From assembly GCA_000002445.1 (NCBI GenBank), contig CM000207.1, positions 2,848,001-2,912,000 on the forward strand: a stretch of DNA of 64,000 nt, written 5' to 3'. The position numbers and the translations under genes are program-made. Below are positions 12,757-25,461 of this stretch, in pieces (within the stretch, counting starts at the first letter, position 1; each line of letters begins with the position of its first letter). The stretch comes from Trypanosoma brucei (lineage: Eukaryota). The notes under the pieces were generated by a model that was not told the origin of the DNA, did no database searches, and saw nothing but the letters and a program-made list of their open reading frames with translations.

Positions 12757-12865
12757 GGGGAGAAATAACCCTAACCCAAATAACCTTAACCTTGACTCTA
12801 AGCATAACCGGAAGCCGGATAACCCTCTCTAGCCTAACGTCCATAACCTCTCTGCCTCCTTCCTA
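12757..12865 (-). repeat. Degenerate telomere-type hexamer tract (CCCTAA-like on plus strand, TTAGGG-like in VSG sense)
   Basis: aaccctaacccaaataaccttaaccttgactctaagcataaccggaagccggataaccctctctagcctaacgtccataacc shows 6-nt periodicity. It includes 2 perfect CCCTAA units plus decayed ones, and sits about 200 bp downstream of the stop of the intact VSG at 13060. Confidence 0.6.
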
Positions 12866-12984
12866 CTTTATTGGGTTTCTGGAGAAAAATTCAACAGGAA
12901 AAAAGAGTGAATTTTTTTTAGCTATTAGAAAATTCAAAGAATCAGAGAGCCGAAAAAAATTATAATTTCTCGGCTAATTTTTAC

Positions 12985-13000
12985 GTGTTAAAATATATAA
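12985..13000 (-). promoter_or_regulatory. VSG 3'UTR 16-mer
   Basis: gtgttaaaatatataa, 1 mismatch, 60 nt below the stop at 13060. Confidence 0.7.
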
Positions 13001-13059
13001 AGTAGCAAAAATTTTAGCAAGGAAACATTTTTTCATAAAATTGAGGAGGAAAAATTGTT

Positions 13060-14523
13060 TTAAAAAAGCAAGGCAGCAAATGCAGCAAACACGTGAGGAA
13101 CAGACACTCTCACATTGCTAGAAAATGACTTGTCATCTTTCTTTTCAGTTTCAGGTTTTGGAAAGCATCTTTCACCCTCAGGTTTTTTATCATCAAAATC
13201 ACAACCAGCTTCCTTTTTACAATCTTTGGCTGTTGTATGCTTTTTGCATTCGTCTGCTGATTTGGCTGGTTCTGTTGTTTTATCTGTATTTGTGGGACAT
13301 GATCGATTTGCTTGGTTTTTCTTCTTTTGTTCTTGTTCGTCGACGAATTTTTTGACTGTGTAATAGGTTGCTGCATTTGCGAGCTCTTTGGGGTCATTTA
13401 TTGTCTCAAGCTTATTTTCCCCATTTCCACCTACTGCGGATTTTGGGGGCTTTAGGTCCTTGAGGTCTTTGACTATGGTGTTTTTTACTATTGTTGGCTC
13501 TTTGCCAAATGTTTCTGCCATAAACGAGTCGACTTTCGCTTTCGTTGCAGAGTTGGCATATGTCGCTTTGTCTCCATCTAGAGCTTTGGCTATGGCCTCC
13601 TTCAGTTCCGGTCGCGCCGCTACGTCTTCTGGGCTTGAGACATCTGATATGGCGTCTAATGCCTCTACCGCCGTTTCTAGTTTTCTTATTGCTGTAACCG
13701 CCTTGTTTAAAGTCTTGTCATTGGGTATCGTTGTTGTGCTGGTAATTGCTGGATATGTTTTGCCTGCTGAGCTAGCCAGTCGTGTGGTTGTTACGGCCGC
13801 TGTTTTAAGGAAGTCCCCGCCTTTGATCCCGATAAAGGTTGCTTCGTTTTGACATCCGGTTGATGGCGCCGTCCCAGTGGAGCCGTGTCCCCAAATTGTC
13901 AACAATTCGTTGTGCGTTGTGCCAGGGGTATTTGCACTGACGACGAAAAACTTTAATGTGGGCTCGCCCTGATTGGGTTGGGCTGCTTCTGCGTCGCTTA
14001 CTGGTGACCCGTCGTCATTAAAGCACGCCGCTGTTGCTGCTGGTGCTAGGGTCGGTTTGACTTGGATTATGCCGGGCGTCGTGACGGCTTGAGCCGCCGT
14101 TAGCGTATTGACGTCCTGTACTTGCGCTGACTTAATTTCTGAAACGATTGTTTGCTGGCCTGCTAGCTCGGCCGCGGCCGTGAAGCCTTCTAGAAAATTG
14201 GACGTTTCGGTTTTTATCGTTTCAAGTGCCTTGGCAGTTTCCGAAGCTAGGTTGGCTGCTAATATGCTGGCTGCTGTTGCCGCCCCGCCTGTTTTATAAG
14301 CTGCTACAACGCGTAGTTTGTTTGATTTTTCTAGAGCGCCTTTTGCGTTTGTTAGTCCTCTCTCCAATGCGCTCTCCGCTTGCCGCGTTAAGTGACGCAT
14401 GTAATGACTTGCCCCGCATGTGGTCGTTACTTGAGCTTTGGGATTGTGTAGCAAAGTGGTGCCTTGTGCAGTAATGGCCGCTGCTAGTGCTAGCGCACCG
14501 GTTGCCGCTATCCAGTAATTCAT
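13060..14523 (-). CDS. VSG: Variant surface glycoprotein, apparently intact (487 aa, A-type N-domain)
   Basis: A single uninterrupted frame from ATG (cat at 14521-14523) to the stop. Signal peptide MNYWIAATGALALAAAITAQG. Cys-containing N-domain (TTTCGASHY...). CTD with CKKEAGCDFDDKK. Canonical GPI tail SVPHVFAAFAALLF*. Confidence 0.85.
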   Translation of the reverse strand: MNYWIAATGALALAAAITAQGTTLLHNPKAQVTTTCGASHYMRHLTRQAESALERGLTNAKGALEKSNKLRVVAAYKTGGAATAASILAANLASETAKALETIKTETSNFLEGFTAAAELAGQQTIVSEIKSAQVQDVNTLTAAQAVTTPGIIQVKPTLAPAATAACFNDDGSPVSDAEAAQPNQGEPTLKFFVVSANTPGTTHNELLTIWGHGSTGTAPSTGCQNEATFIGIKGGDFLKTAAVTTTRLASSAGKTYPAITSTTTIPNDKTLNKAVTAIRKLETAVEALDAISDVSSPEDVAARPELKEAIAKALDGDKATYANSATKAKVDSFMAETFGKEPTIVKNTIVKDLKDLKPPKSAVGGNGENKLETINDPKELANAATYYTVKKFVDEQEQKKKNQANRSCPTNTDKTTEPAKSADECKKHTTAKDCKKEAGCDFDDKKPEGERCFPKPETEKKDDKSFSSNVRVSVPHVFAAFAALLF

Positions 14524-15647
14524 CGCAGTCGCTTCACTGAGTTAGTGAGGATTCCGTTCTTCGTTTGTCTGGGTTGGAACTCTAGTTGTCCTCAGGTTGA
14601 CCTTTGACGGTTATATTTGCATAAAAATTGCGGTGATTGAAGTTTTAATCTTGTAAAGGATCTCACATACCTGGTTTTTAGAGTTTGTTCAGCCTCAGTG
14701 CTTTGGTTTTTGGGTTTCGCGCTGCAACCTGCACATTAAACTCGTAGTGTAAGGTTTTGGAACTGTGTCATCTTTTAGGGCATAAACGGATTAAACGAGT
14801 TTATAACATCATAAACATAATGAGAAGGGGGAAGGATTTCAATAAACGACTTTTTTGTTCAAATTTTCCATCTATAATTCCAATATATATCGGATTATAT
14901 CTATGTCCATCATCTAGTTTCGTTCCATTCAAGTGACGTACTTCTTTAAGATACATCGAATATTTTTATACCTTAAAATTAGAAGCTTATGTCTTGTCTT
15001 TGCATATAATTAGCGACAATTCTCCAGTCCACGCCGCTGTAGTAACCAGAAAACTTCTTTTTTGTCATGGAAGCAATTGAAATTTGCTTTGGTTTTGCAT
15101 TATGAGTTCTTTCGTTTTTTGTCTAAGTTCAATGCTCTGAAAATTTGGTCCTGAAACTTCTTTTACCTTTGCGTTTGTTTTTTAGAAACATAACTATATT
15201 TCACCATTTGTAACCGCTTTCATATACATCACTCGTTTCCTGAAAACTATTAGCTTCAGTCTAGCATACCAATATGGAATTGGAGGCATATTCCCATTGA
15301 TTCTTTACGCTTCATAGAGATCCTTCATTTGGCCGTATAGAATGTTTATTTTTCTGTTAACTGTATGTTTCCATTGTGCTTTGTTCATAAGCTTATCCTT
15401 TCTGTATCGCTGTATAGAACATATTATATACATTTTTCAGTTGTTTGCGTTGTGCATCTTCATGATGAGTGTTTGTTCATTACTTAGTTTGATACCGCGT
15501 GTAATCCATCTCTATTCGTAAAATTTCTTTTATAATAGTATTTCTTGTTGCTCCTGCAAATTTTTCTTCAAACGCTTAATTTCATTGCATCCTTGCAATT
15601 GTTTTAAGTAAATCTATTATCGCAGTGTATCTATTGTTCAACGTCAC

Positions 15648-15775
15648 TTATATTATAATATTATTATATACTCACAACAAGTTCCTCTACTACTATTTCT
15701 ATCGTACCCATAGCTAATATTTCTAAGATAACAAAAAATAAAGAATAAATAAAATAAGAATAGTAATCATTTTTC
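15648..15775 (-). repeat. 70-bp repeat region (degenerate)
   Basis: tattataatattattatatactcacaacaagttcctctactactatttctatcg... then ataaaaaataaagaataaat. Confidence 0.7.
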
Positions 15776-15992
15776 ATAATTACCATTAGTTTTAACCCAC
15801 ATGCCGCCATCATACTAATTTTTACTAAAGTTCGATATTTTCAAATTTTCTCAAAATTATCAACAAATTTGCATATTTTATCTAAAAAGTGTTATAATAT
15901 CATAAATATAGCAAATCCTCCTAAAATAGTAAACATCATAAAATTCACTGAGTTGAGAAAAATTCTTTTACCAATAGTTCTCTAAATTGTTC

Positions 15993-17500
15993 TCATAGAA
16001 GTAGAAATGCATGCACAACAGACTCCTTGTTAATGACAAAAGAATTGCTCTCTGTGATGTTTGTGGTTTTTGACATCATTTTTGAGTGTCATATCCTCCT
16101 TTTCTACGCATTTATCACCTTTTAATTCACAGGTGTCGCTGTTACAATCATTCTTCTCCATTGTTGCTCATTGTTTTTTGCCGTTGGTTTCAGAATCAGT
16201 TTGACCCTTTGTGGACTTCTGTTTGTCAATCTGCTGTCCAAAGGTTATCGAGAGGCCTTTACCTACATCCGCCGCTGTGCCGAGTGAAGTCACAGTTAGT
16301 TCTTTTTTGGCCCCTGACATTTCGTAATTTAATTTGTTTTGTGACAGTGGTTGCATTAAAGATGTCTGTAGGTTTGTGTGTTCTTTTCCAATAAGCGTGG
16401 TAACTGCGGCTTTCCGCGAATTTTCATCAGCTACGGCTTTCACATCAATGTGTACTATTAACTGCGCGTATGTTTTGTTTGTGGCATCGTTTATTAGCTC
16501 CTCTGTGCTTAGTTGTGTGGAGTGCTGTCCCTGTATGAGCTCAGCTTTCCCGTCCTCGCGCGCTGCGTGTCCAAAGCCCTCTGGCGTTATGATGAGGTGT
16601 GAGCCTGCTGCTTTGCCAACACATTTTCCACCCACATTGTCATCCTGTGTTATTGACGGTTATGTGGGTGCTATTATTGGGTCGTTTACAGGGGTAGTGG
16701 GGATACCGACGCCGTTTCTTGCGGTGCCAAATTATGATGCGCTGTTTATGCAAGTTCCTTTGCCAGTTACGGCACCGCTATTGCCCCCGCCTGCATTGTC
16801 TGCGAAGTGGACCACAACCGGTATTGGCTTGGTCGTGAACGCAGCTGTTGCAGTCGTCTTGAGTTTTTTTAGCTAGCCGATTTTTTAGCCTCCCTTGCCT
16901 AGGTTGCTGTTTGCAATGGCCGTTTTGTCGCATTTCTCTCTTTCGTCGGCGGCTGGTGTTAGAGTGACCGTGCAAGTCTTGTCTGCTGCTTTTGAAATTA
17001 GGTCTGAATCAGCGTTGCTGTTGAAAACTGTGCTGCCTACAGCTTGGGTTTTTATTATAGACTGCTTGACTGCCTTGAGTTGACCAGCTCTCTCACTGAG
17101 CACCTTGTTGGCGTGTTACAGTTTCGCCTGCTTAGTTTGCAGCTGGTGCCGTTGCCTTGAGGCTGAGTTAGCTTTGAGTGCCGCTAGCAACGCATAGCTG
17201 CCAGCCTTTGGTGTTCATGATGTTTTGGCGTAAGCTACTGTTAGCATGATAAAAAAATCGGTAGTCCCGGATAGCCCCTGGATGCTGTCTCTTATCTGCC
17301 TGGAGAAATAAGATGCTATGTTGGCGTCGTAGACTATTTCATCGCATAGACTTGATATCGCCGTTGTTGACTCCTTCTGCTTGGAGTTGGTTCTCGACTG
17401 CGGTGTGACTGATATTACAAACGATCGAGCCAGGTGTCTTGATGGAAATTCACCTTTGTCGTCCTTTATCTGCGTCCTTGTAAATCGCCTAAGTTAGCTC
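15993..17500 (-). pseudogene. VSG: VSG pseudogene, heavily degenerate (multiple frameshifts/stops)
   Basis: 3' end reads SNSFVINKESVVHAFLLL* with its stop at 15993-15995, the same CTD family as 9146. ORFs 16168..16635 and 16885..17103 are VSG N-domain pieces in different frames. The upper boundary is approximate. Confidence 0.65.
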
Positions 17501-19171
17501 TGCTTTATCCTGAACCACTTGATATGTGCCAGAGGAAAACTGTTTTCCATTGAAACAAAAACAAAGCCCATGTGAGAGCTCTTTTATGCTAATAACAAGC
17601 CTGTCGCATTCGGATTATGTGTACCTTGATGAAGCAGTTTACACCGGCTTTTGTCAGGTGAATGAGCAATCAATGGCCATAGTTACAACTTTCTTTGTTT
17701 TCTTTTTTTGACTCTGTTTTTTCGCCAGTTTCTCCTTTGTGTGTTGATTGTATTTGGCAGTTCGCTTTCTTAACTTTGCCGTTGCTTCTTGTTAGATGTA
17801 TGGTGCTAAAGCTCCTCTTATATCCGCTGTTATTTGCGGAATTGCTCTAGATCCTCCTTCACCCTGTGTTTCTCTTTTAATTTTTTTAAATAACCCACCG
17901 TCACTCAACTAATATCCATAATCTGCACTTAGCCCTTAACATTAGGAGCAGAAATAGGTTTAAAAGTCAGTTTCGCGAGTTGCTATTGGCTTTCATTTAC
18001 CCATTGTTGTGTAAATTACGGCTTCTTTTAGTTTTCTTCTGCTCTTAATGCTGAACCCGCAAGGGTCTATCAGTTAGTGCGCCTAGCCGCGCAGATCTTT
18101 CAGCTTGGCTGTCTATGTGGTTTGGTTTTTTTTGTGTATCGACGTATTGTTCACCGGGGAGGAGCTGCTTCTGCGCTTTATCTAGAAAGGAACTCACTTT
18201 GGAACTTAAATATTAAGTTTCGTTCCGTTTGAGTCATTAACCCCTATGCTTGCATGCTGCTTATCGCTTTCTTTTAAACCTGAAAACACAGAAATCTGTA
18301 ACGGCAATTGAAATCTCATGAAACATGGCTGCATTTTTCTAGTTTATGTTTTCTAAGATAAATTCAATTGCACGCCTGTAATTTACCTTGTTTAGTATCT
18401 TCTAAATATTACATTTAGTCTGTATTTTCACACATTTACATGGCTGATCATTGAACTCAAAGAAAGGCTTGTTTCTATGCTACATCCTGTACAATTCGCA
18501 TGACTCGAGTTGGCTGTAAGGCTCATTGTTTAGACATTATCTTTTGATGCAATAACAAGTTAACTAGCGCTTTACGTGTCTGTTGTGTTGCGTCATTCTT
18601 CTTTTCTGTGTAAGTTCGTCTAATTTTGCTGCTTTTTTCTGAACTTTCTAAAATGTTGGATACAATCCTCAGTTGATTGGATTATGTTTTTGTCTTTCTC
18701 CGTTTCATTATAGAGATAAACATAATTTCAGAAAATTTGTACGGATCATATCAGCTACATTCTTTCTGTTTAGTTATTGTATAACAATCAAAGTACTTTT
18801 AGTGTAAAAAATGCATTATTAAACGAGATATTGTGACCATATAGACAATATTCCCCTTGGTATCTCTACACATGTAGTCTCACATTTCTATAGTTACATC
18901 GACTGCGTTTGGCATATACAATGCACTTTCTTTCTCACGCCGTTCGCTCCACAATCTTTTTTGTGTATGATTGTGTTAATCGTTATGTTTGTGTATTAAG
19001 CTACAAAAAATTCCATCTCCTTCGCTTATCCACTGCTTTTCTGTATTTTATTAAACTATATTCATCGCACACCGCCTTTCACTCATATACTTCTATTGGA
19101 TTTCCACTGTTTTTTTAAATGGGTCTACTTTTGTCATCCGTTTGGTATCTACCACAGTTCTTACAATGTTA

Positions 19172-19295
19172 ACACACTCAAACATTTACAACAATCTCCT
19201 TTCATTGTTATCATTATTACTATCATTATTATCATAGTCTTAACTGATATAAATAATGTAAACAAAATTAGAATTTCACTCAATTTTCATACCAT
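19172..19295 (-). repeat. 70-bp repeat region
   Basis: cactcaaacatttacaacaatctcctttcattgttatcattattactatcattattatcat motif. Confidence 0.8.
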
Positions 19296-19478
19296 ACACA
19301 ACACTAATTTTCACCTATAAGATATGTCCAGACTATATTTCATATTTGTAGATTTCCAAATTTCATAAAAAAACGTTAAAATATATGCAATATTAGCAAT
19401 TTTAGAAAATTATCTCAAAATAACAAATTTTAAATAAATTTCATAAAATGGAGAAAATATCTTTATAAGTTTAAAGTG

Positions 19479-21135
19479 CTAAAATAACACAAATCTCACA
19501 AAAGCAGCAGCCATACCCAGAGAAAATTTTTTATTGGCAAGAAAGCTGGAATTCTTGTACTTGCCTTCAATCCAACTACAAACGGCATTTTTGCCTTCAG
19601 GTTTCGTGCCTTGTACTTTTTCGTAGTCCTCAGGAGTTTTGTTAGGCCACACTTATTTGTTTGTTGTCTCTCCATTTCCTCCAGTTGCATCTGCTTGAGT
19701 TGCTTGTTGTTCTGCATGTGCCGTATTCAATTTGCAGTGTTTTCCGTTGTTACACGCTGTCTTCTTTTAAAAGCTGCTGCACAAAGTTTTTAAAGTATCC
19801 CCGTCTTTCTTATCTCCTGATTTGTCTTCTGGGTTCGTTTTCTTCGTGGGTTGGTCTTCCATTGTCCTGGTTTAAATTTTACCTGCTTGCTTGTCATCCG
19901 CAGTCTTACCGTCGAAATATGCAATTTCTGTTTCGTAGTCGTTATTTGCCGCGGCTTCTGTAATGCTGGTCTTGTTTGTTATGCTTCCACTCGTGATTTT
20001 TAGATCTTTTTTTGACAGTTCTGTGAAAAACTTGTCTTTTATTTTCGCTCCTTTGCCTTCCAAAAGCTCTTCTGCTACTGCTTTCTCTGCAGCGTCTTGA
20101 AGTGTTTTTTTTAGTTTCTTGCCTAACAACAGGAGTGCCACCGTCTGTACTGTGCCATCTTGCGCTAAATTATCAACTGTTTCGTCTTATAGTTTTGTAG
20201 GTTGCGTAATAATTATGTTGCGGGTGTTACATACTTCAGTGGCTATTTGTCCAAGTGTTACTATATAGTGGTCTGTGTCGTCGGTGTGCGCCTTGCAGTT
20301 GCTGCCGCCCTCTAGCAGCGTGGTTTCGGCCGGCGTGACCATGCCTGTGACTTTGTTTATTGCTGCTATTCCTATGCCGTTGTTCGCCGATGCCTTGGCT
20401 TCTGCGTTGTCGGCGCACGTCTCCTTTTTTGCGTCGCTGTTGTGGCCGCTAGCAGGGGTCCCTTTTGTTTCTATTGCAACCTGCAAGTCTGGGAAGTTGA
20501 AGTCCGCTGTTTTTACTCCCTTAACCTTTGTTATCTTTGGTAAGTGTTCTGCAGCATGGTTTATTTTAGGCTCACTCAGTGCCGTTCGCTTGCAGGCCTC
20601 CGTATGCTGTGCTGCCACTGTGGCCTCTATTGTGCACTTCGCTGTGCTTGTCGGGAAGTAGACGTCCGTACCTACGGCTGGCGTTGCACCGGTGTAAGTT
20701 GCAGTTTTTATTTTTGTAGCGCGTAGCAGATCCTGCAGGTTGTCTGATCGCCGCTGCATTAGCTGTGCTGCTGACCTGAGTTTTTGACCAGCGCCGGCCA
20801 ATGTTGACTGAGCTGATGCAAGCCTTGAAGCAGAAAGAAAGCTTAACAGCTTATAGGCTGCTGCTCTTTCCCCCTTTCCAAGTTTTGCACTCGCTAATGC
20901 ATCATGCGTTGCTCCTTTGAAAGCTCTGCTGCTCGAGCTTCTAAGTTGTCTGTGAGCTGCTTATAGGCTGCCCCTACTTTTTCAAGTCACGTAAGTCGTC
21001 ACATGGTGTCTGTACCGCGTCTACCGACTGGTCGTCGGCGCTAGCGTCGCACATCGTTGTAACACATGCTACGAAAGCCGTTAGAGCTGACACAATAACC
21101 GCATACGGCTTTCGAAACGGTAAGGGTCTTCTCAT
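19479..21135 (-). pseudogene. VSG: VSG pseudogene (several frameshifts)
   Basis: Start ATG plus signal peptide MRRPLPFRKPYAVIVSALTAFVACV at 21135, then a stop after about 53 codons. ORFs 20187..20801 and 19872..20141 are N-domain pieces. The GPI tail NSSFLANKKFSLGMAAAFVRFVLF* ends at 19479 in a frame different from ORF 19496..19717. Confidence 0.75.
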
Positions 21136-22699
21136 TCTTTTGATTTACTAGTGGAACTGTTAGGTAACCTTTGTTGTTATAGCATAAAGAAGATTTAAAA
21201 TTTCAGCTGTACGGGTTAATTAGTGACAAAGATTATTCCCTTCAATTCGGCTTTGTACCGTCGGCTGTTCCTGTGAATTGACCATTGAGTGAACACAATG
21301 CTAAAGTCTTTGTGAAGCACCACACTCATAGTCTACTTATTAAATTTTATTTCTTCTTAATACAAAGTCTGAGATAGAGACCTCTTTCCTTTTTTCGTTC
21401 GTTCAATGCCATCTTGAGTCGGATGTTGTCTGTTTTGCTTTCATTTATTGAGAGTATCACTAGTTTGGACCGCTAAGAATTTAGATTGGTCGTAAGTGTT
21501 TGTGGTTGTGTTGTCACGTTAGTGACACAAAAAGCACTTAAGTTAACAGGAAAATATCCACTTTCAGTTCCATGTTAATTCTCTATATATCTATATCCAA
21601 GAAAAAGTTTAACATCTTTTTTTCTTACACTCTGTTATGATCTACTATTCCGCAGGATACTCTTTTACTTGGAATTACTAGATAACGTTGGTGCTTCTCT
21701 CGGACACGATTGGTTGTCTGTTGCTTGCCTGCAGCACTTGTCAGTGTATTTCGCCATTATTTAAGGCTGCACAATTTGGAGGCCGAATATAGGTTGCTTG
21801 CCGACATTACGTTGTTAATATGCTCTGCTGCCCCTTTTTCAGAGACCACTTTTATATGGAGTACACGTTACTTGAAAGGTCTTGAATCCTGTACGGTATA
21901 TCCTTACGAAATTGTAGGAGAATTACAATTTATTATCTCTATTTCATAGAGATTACCTGCTTGCTCATATACGCACCATTTAAAGAAGTACGCCTATTTT
22001 TATTCATCTCTTTCTTTCTATGCTAATCCATTAGTGGTTCTGGTAGTAAAATGTTCCCTCCCATATTATTATATTGTTGCCAACAGATATTGGCCACTGT
22101 TAATATATCTTATGATAAAAATGTTGCATCATCATTTCACTTTTAATCAATCCATTCATCCTGCTTTTGTTCGCACTCTTTCTTCTGCTTTTTCGCCTTG
22201 TTTATAGCTGTATATTACGGTTTGCCGTCCAATAAACAAACGAAATCAGCCTCTTCATCTCTGTAGTGGCATCTATGAATTTAAAATCAAATACTGGGCA
22301 CAATTGGATCCTTTTGACTGTGTTATCTACTTTTCACTGTCATTTCACGGCTATTTTATTGTTTCATTTTGCATTTTTTTTCTTCGTCTTTATCTTCTGT
22401 CACTGCTTTTGTAGATGATATAGCACTCCACTTCCATTGTACACTAGACTCTTTGTCTCTCTCATATACACTCCATAATTTCCTTGTTTATGATTAGTTC
22501 AGTCTTCATGTTTGTATTTGAAACCGTACATATTCGATTTTTCTTTCTTTAATTCTTTTTCTCTCTCATATTTTTTGTTTTTCCTCGTATATTGTTCCTC
22601 TTACTCTCTTACACCCGCCGCCACTAACTCATTCACTTACTAGCTTTCCAACCTTAGAATTAGAGAAAATGCCTATATTTTGACTCCATACTCTCTCCT

Positions 22700-22850
22700 C
22701 ACAACTTATATTATAATATTAGTATAAACTAACACTCACAACACTCTCCTATCATCATCATTGCTACTATTGTAATGCAAACAAATATTCATAAAATAAA
22801 CAAAATATAAAATGAACCAAATTAGAATATCACTTATTTTTTTACCATAT
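22700..22850 (-). repeat. 70-bp repeat region
   Basis: tattataatattagtataaactaacactcacaacactctcctatcatcatcattgctactattg motif. Confidence 0.8.
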
Positions 22851-23018
22851 CTCCATGTTACTTTGCACCCATGATCCACTATCATTCAAAGTTTACTATA
22901 TTTTTTAACGTTTTTGCCACAAAGTACTAAAGTATATCAAATTGTAGCAAAGCTTAGCAAATTATTTTAAAATATAAAATTTCATAAATTTTTAAAACTG
23001 AAAAAACCCATTAAAGTG

Positions 23019-24600
23019 CTAGAAATTTAAAATAACAAGCGCACAAAAGACAGCAACAATCACAGAATTTTTCTTATTTACAATAAAATGGAATCTTTGC
23101 ACTATTCTCCTTCCCATTTGCATTCTGTAGTTTTTTTCAGGCATATTTCTCTTTTTTTTCCTGCACAGTATCCTCTTTCTCCCTGTCTTTCCCAGCTTGG
23201 TTATCAACTTCTTTTTCTACTTTTTTTTCGCTATCTTCACTCAATGTGCACTTTTGCCTTCCACATTACTTTCATTGTAAGTGCAACCCTTACCTTCTAG
23301 TTTTTACAGGCTTCTTTGTCGTCTTTTGCTTCATTGCAAACTTTCTCCCTTTCTTCTGCTGATTTAGGATCTTTCTTCTTGTTTGCAGTATCTAATTGTG
23401 TCCTCAGATCCTGGATTGTTTGCGCAGTTTTCCTGTCGTAGTATGAAAGAATACTGTACAGTTCGTCGATGTCTGATATATCCCCCAGGTGGATCTGACT
23501 TTGTCGCTGTGCTACGTCTTTAGGGATCTGCACGTTGTCTATTGCCTCTGTTAGCACTGTTACCTTCGCCGCCTCTTTTCCTCCGAAGTACGAGGTTAGC
23601 GTTGCTCTAGGTCGGGGTCTTTGCCTTGCTCGTTTTGTCGCGCTAGCTTCATTACAGCGTCTTTAATGGTCGGGCGCTCGTCCAGGGGTGCTGTTTCGTT
23701 GTTTGCCTCCATTCTCTGGGAGTTTGGAACTTGGTTCGCTGCCTCGAACGCATGCTTCCAGGCTTTGATATGGTCGGTTGATGCGGTTTTTAGATCGTTC
23801 AGAGCTGCCAGTACTATGTTGCCGCCTCCTGTTGTCACCGTAATGTATCCCGCAAACGGTGTGTGGCTGTTTGTAAACTGTTCTGTGTAAGCTAGTTTAG
23901 CTTGTGTCCCGCCTAGTAAATGGAACTTGTGGGTTCCGGCGGTTGGCGTATATGTGCTGCCGCTCTCCGTCCCTGACAGCAGTTTCTTGTAGCCTGTGCT
24001 ATCGATATAGTCCGTTTGCCGCTTTAAAGACGTTAACGGCTTCAGCTCCAGTGGGCAGTCGACGCCATCAATTTGTTTGGCCGAATAAGTTTTGCCTTGC
24101 TCGGCCGTCGTGCCGACCAAACAGCCGTTGTTGGTGGAGCTGCTGCTTTGAGCTAGTAACATCATTGTTTCGTCGATCCTGCCTTTTAGGTAGGAGGCTG
24201 CCCTGGTGGCGTCGATTGCCGCGTGCATGCGGGTCCTCATTAAGTTGTCTATAGCCTTGAATGCCCGGCGGTAGAAGTATTCTGCTAGCAGAATTGCTGC
24301 TGTCTACTCCTTCGTAGTGGGTTTAATTCGAGAAAAAATGCGACTGCGGACTGCCTGTTATTTGAGCGTTGTATAATCCGATAATATCGTGGTCGTGTCG
24401 TGATAAACTTGATTTCTTATTGTCCCCAGCTCCGCTGTTAGGCCAGAGATGGGCACCCACGCTGTCTTCAGCAAGCCGTGTCCTACTTTTCCGTGCACCC
24501 GCCTACTCTGCATCGCTGCTGCTGTTAGAATTGCTGCTAGCAGCGTCGCTTGTGGTGTCGAAACAATTATATTTTTTCTTGTCCTGCTTCTTCGGTAATC
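23019..24600 (-). pseudogene. VSG: VSG pseudogene (B-type N-domain)
   Basis: GPI tail ...FIVNKKNSVIVAVFCALVILNF* (ORF 23019..23207). ORF 23297..23557 is CTD (EKVCNEAKDDKEACKN). ORF 23596..24240 is B-type N-domain homologous to the VSG at 39255..40801 (AASYLKGRIDE..HNGCL). It continues upstream past an in-frame TAG near 24300 and has no clean signal peptide. The upper boundary is approximate. Confidence 0.7.
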
Positions 24601-25461
24601 CTCGGAGTTTTCAATGTTTCAATGGATAAGGTTAGGAACCATTTGTATTGGAATTAGTGCGTTTATCAGTTGGATATATAGAAGGCGTAATTAAAGTCCG
24701 GTGCCGAAATTACAGAGGTTAGGCGGAAATGTTTCTGGGGGTGCCGTTTCTTTTGCATAAGTAGCGAGCACATCACTTTGGTATGAACAACGTTCCTTGC
24801 GCCGCCGCATAGTGCTAGATTAAAGCACAGGTTTTACATTGCAATACGTAAAATCGCTACTTCTGTTGCTATCCTTACATTTTTCGGCAGTATCCCTGTA
24901 ACATCTCGTTATATTCCAGGATATATCCATGAAAGGAAATATCGTTGGGTGTATGCCTGATGAGGTTTCCTCTTCTCTCAATGAAAAATGTTTTAAAGGT
25001 ATTATTTACATAAGGCATATCTTTAGTCTGTTTAATATTCATATATATGCCAAATATATGGCTTTTTGGTGAAGTTACAACTGGAACTGTTTTCAAACCG
25101 TATATTGCTCGTCATTGTTTTTCTTAATATCAGATCGGTCACTAGAGATTCTGTATTTCTTTTCTAGCTTTGGGTACGAATTACTTTGTTCGGTTTTCTT
25201 CCATATTTGGTTACAGCTTCTTCTCGAGTTCCTCTTTTGTTGATCTTTCAAACCTTGCTGCTGCATTAGTGTATAGAATTGCTGTTTTTCTCTCTGAACT
25301 CTGTGGCGACGTATGTTTTCTCCATACAGGAGTTTATTCCGATTCAATTCTTGTGTATTTTTATTACGGATCGCTTTTTAAGTACATTATAAATGCTTTT
25401 GTTTTTCGACCTCTTCCAGTCCTTCTGGAGTTTCAATTACTTTTCCAAAAAAAAATATAGG

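Noticed and set aside
13110-13397. Lys/Gln/Asn-rich ORFs (13110..13397, 25860..26084, 1815..2021 in part, 60916..61437 Arg-rich)
   Set aside because: These are out-of-frame readings of VSG C-terminal domain DNA, which is A-rich. The same families appear in the correct frame as CTD.
24875-25347. Minus-strand ORFs 24875..25096 and 25093..25347 in an inter-cassette spacer
   Set aside because: No VSG or other family features. They are short, in an AT-rich spacer, and most likely chance ORFs.
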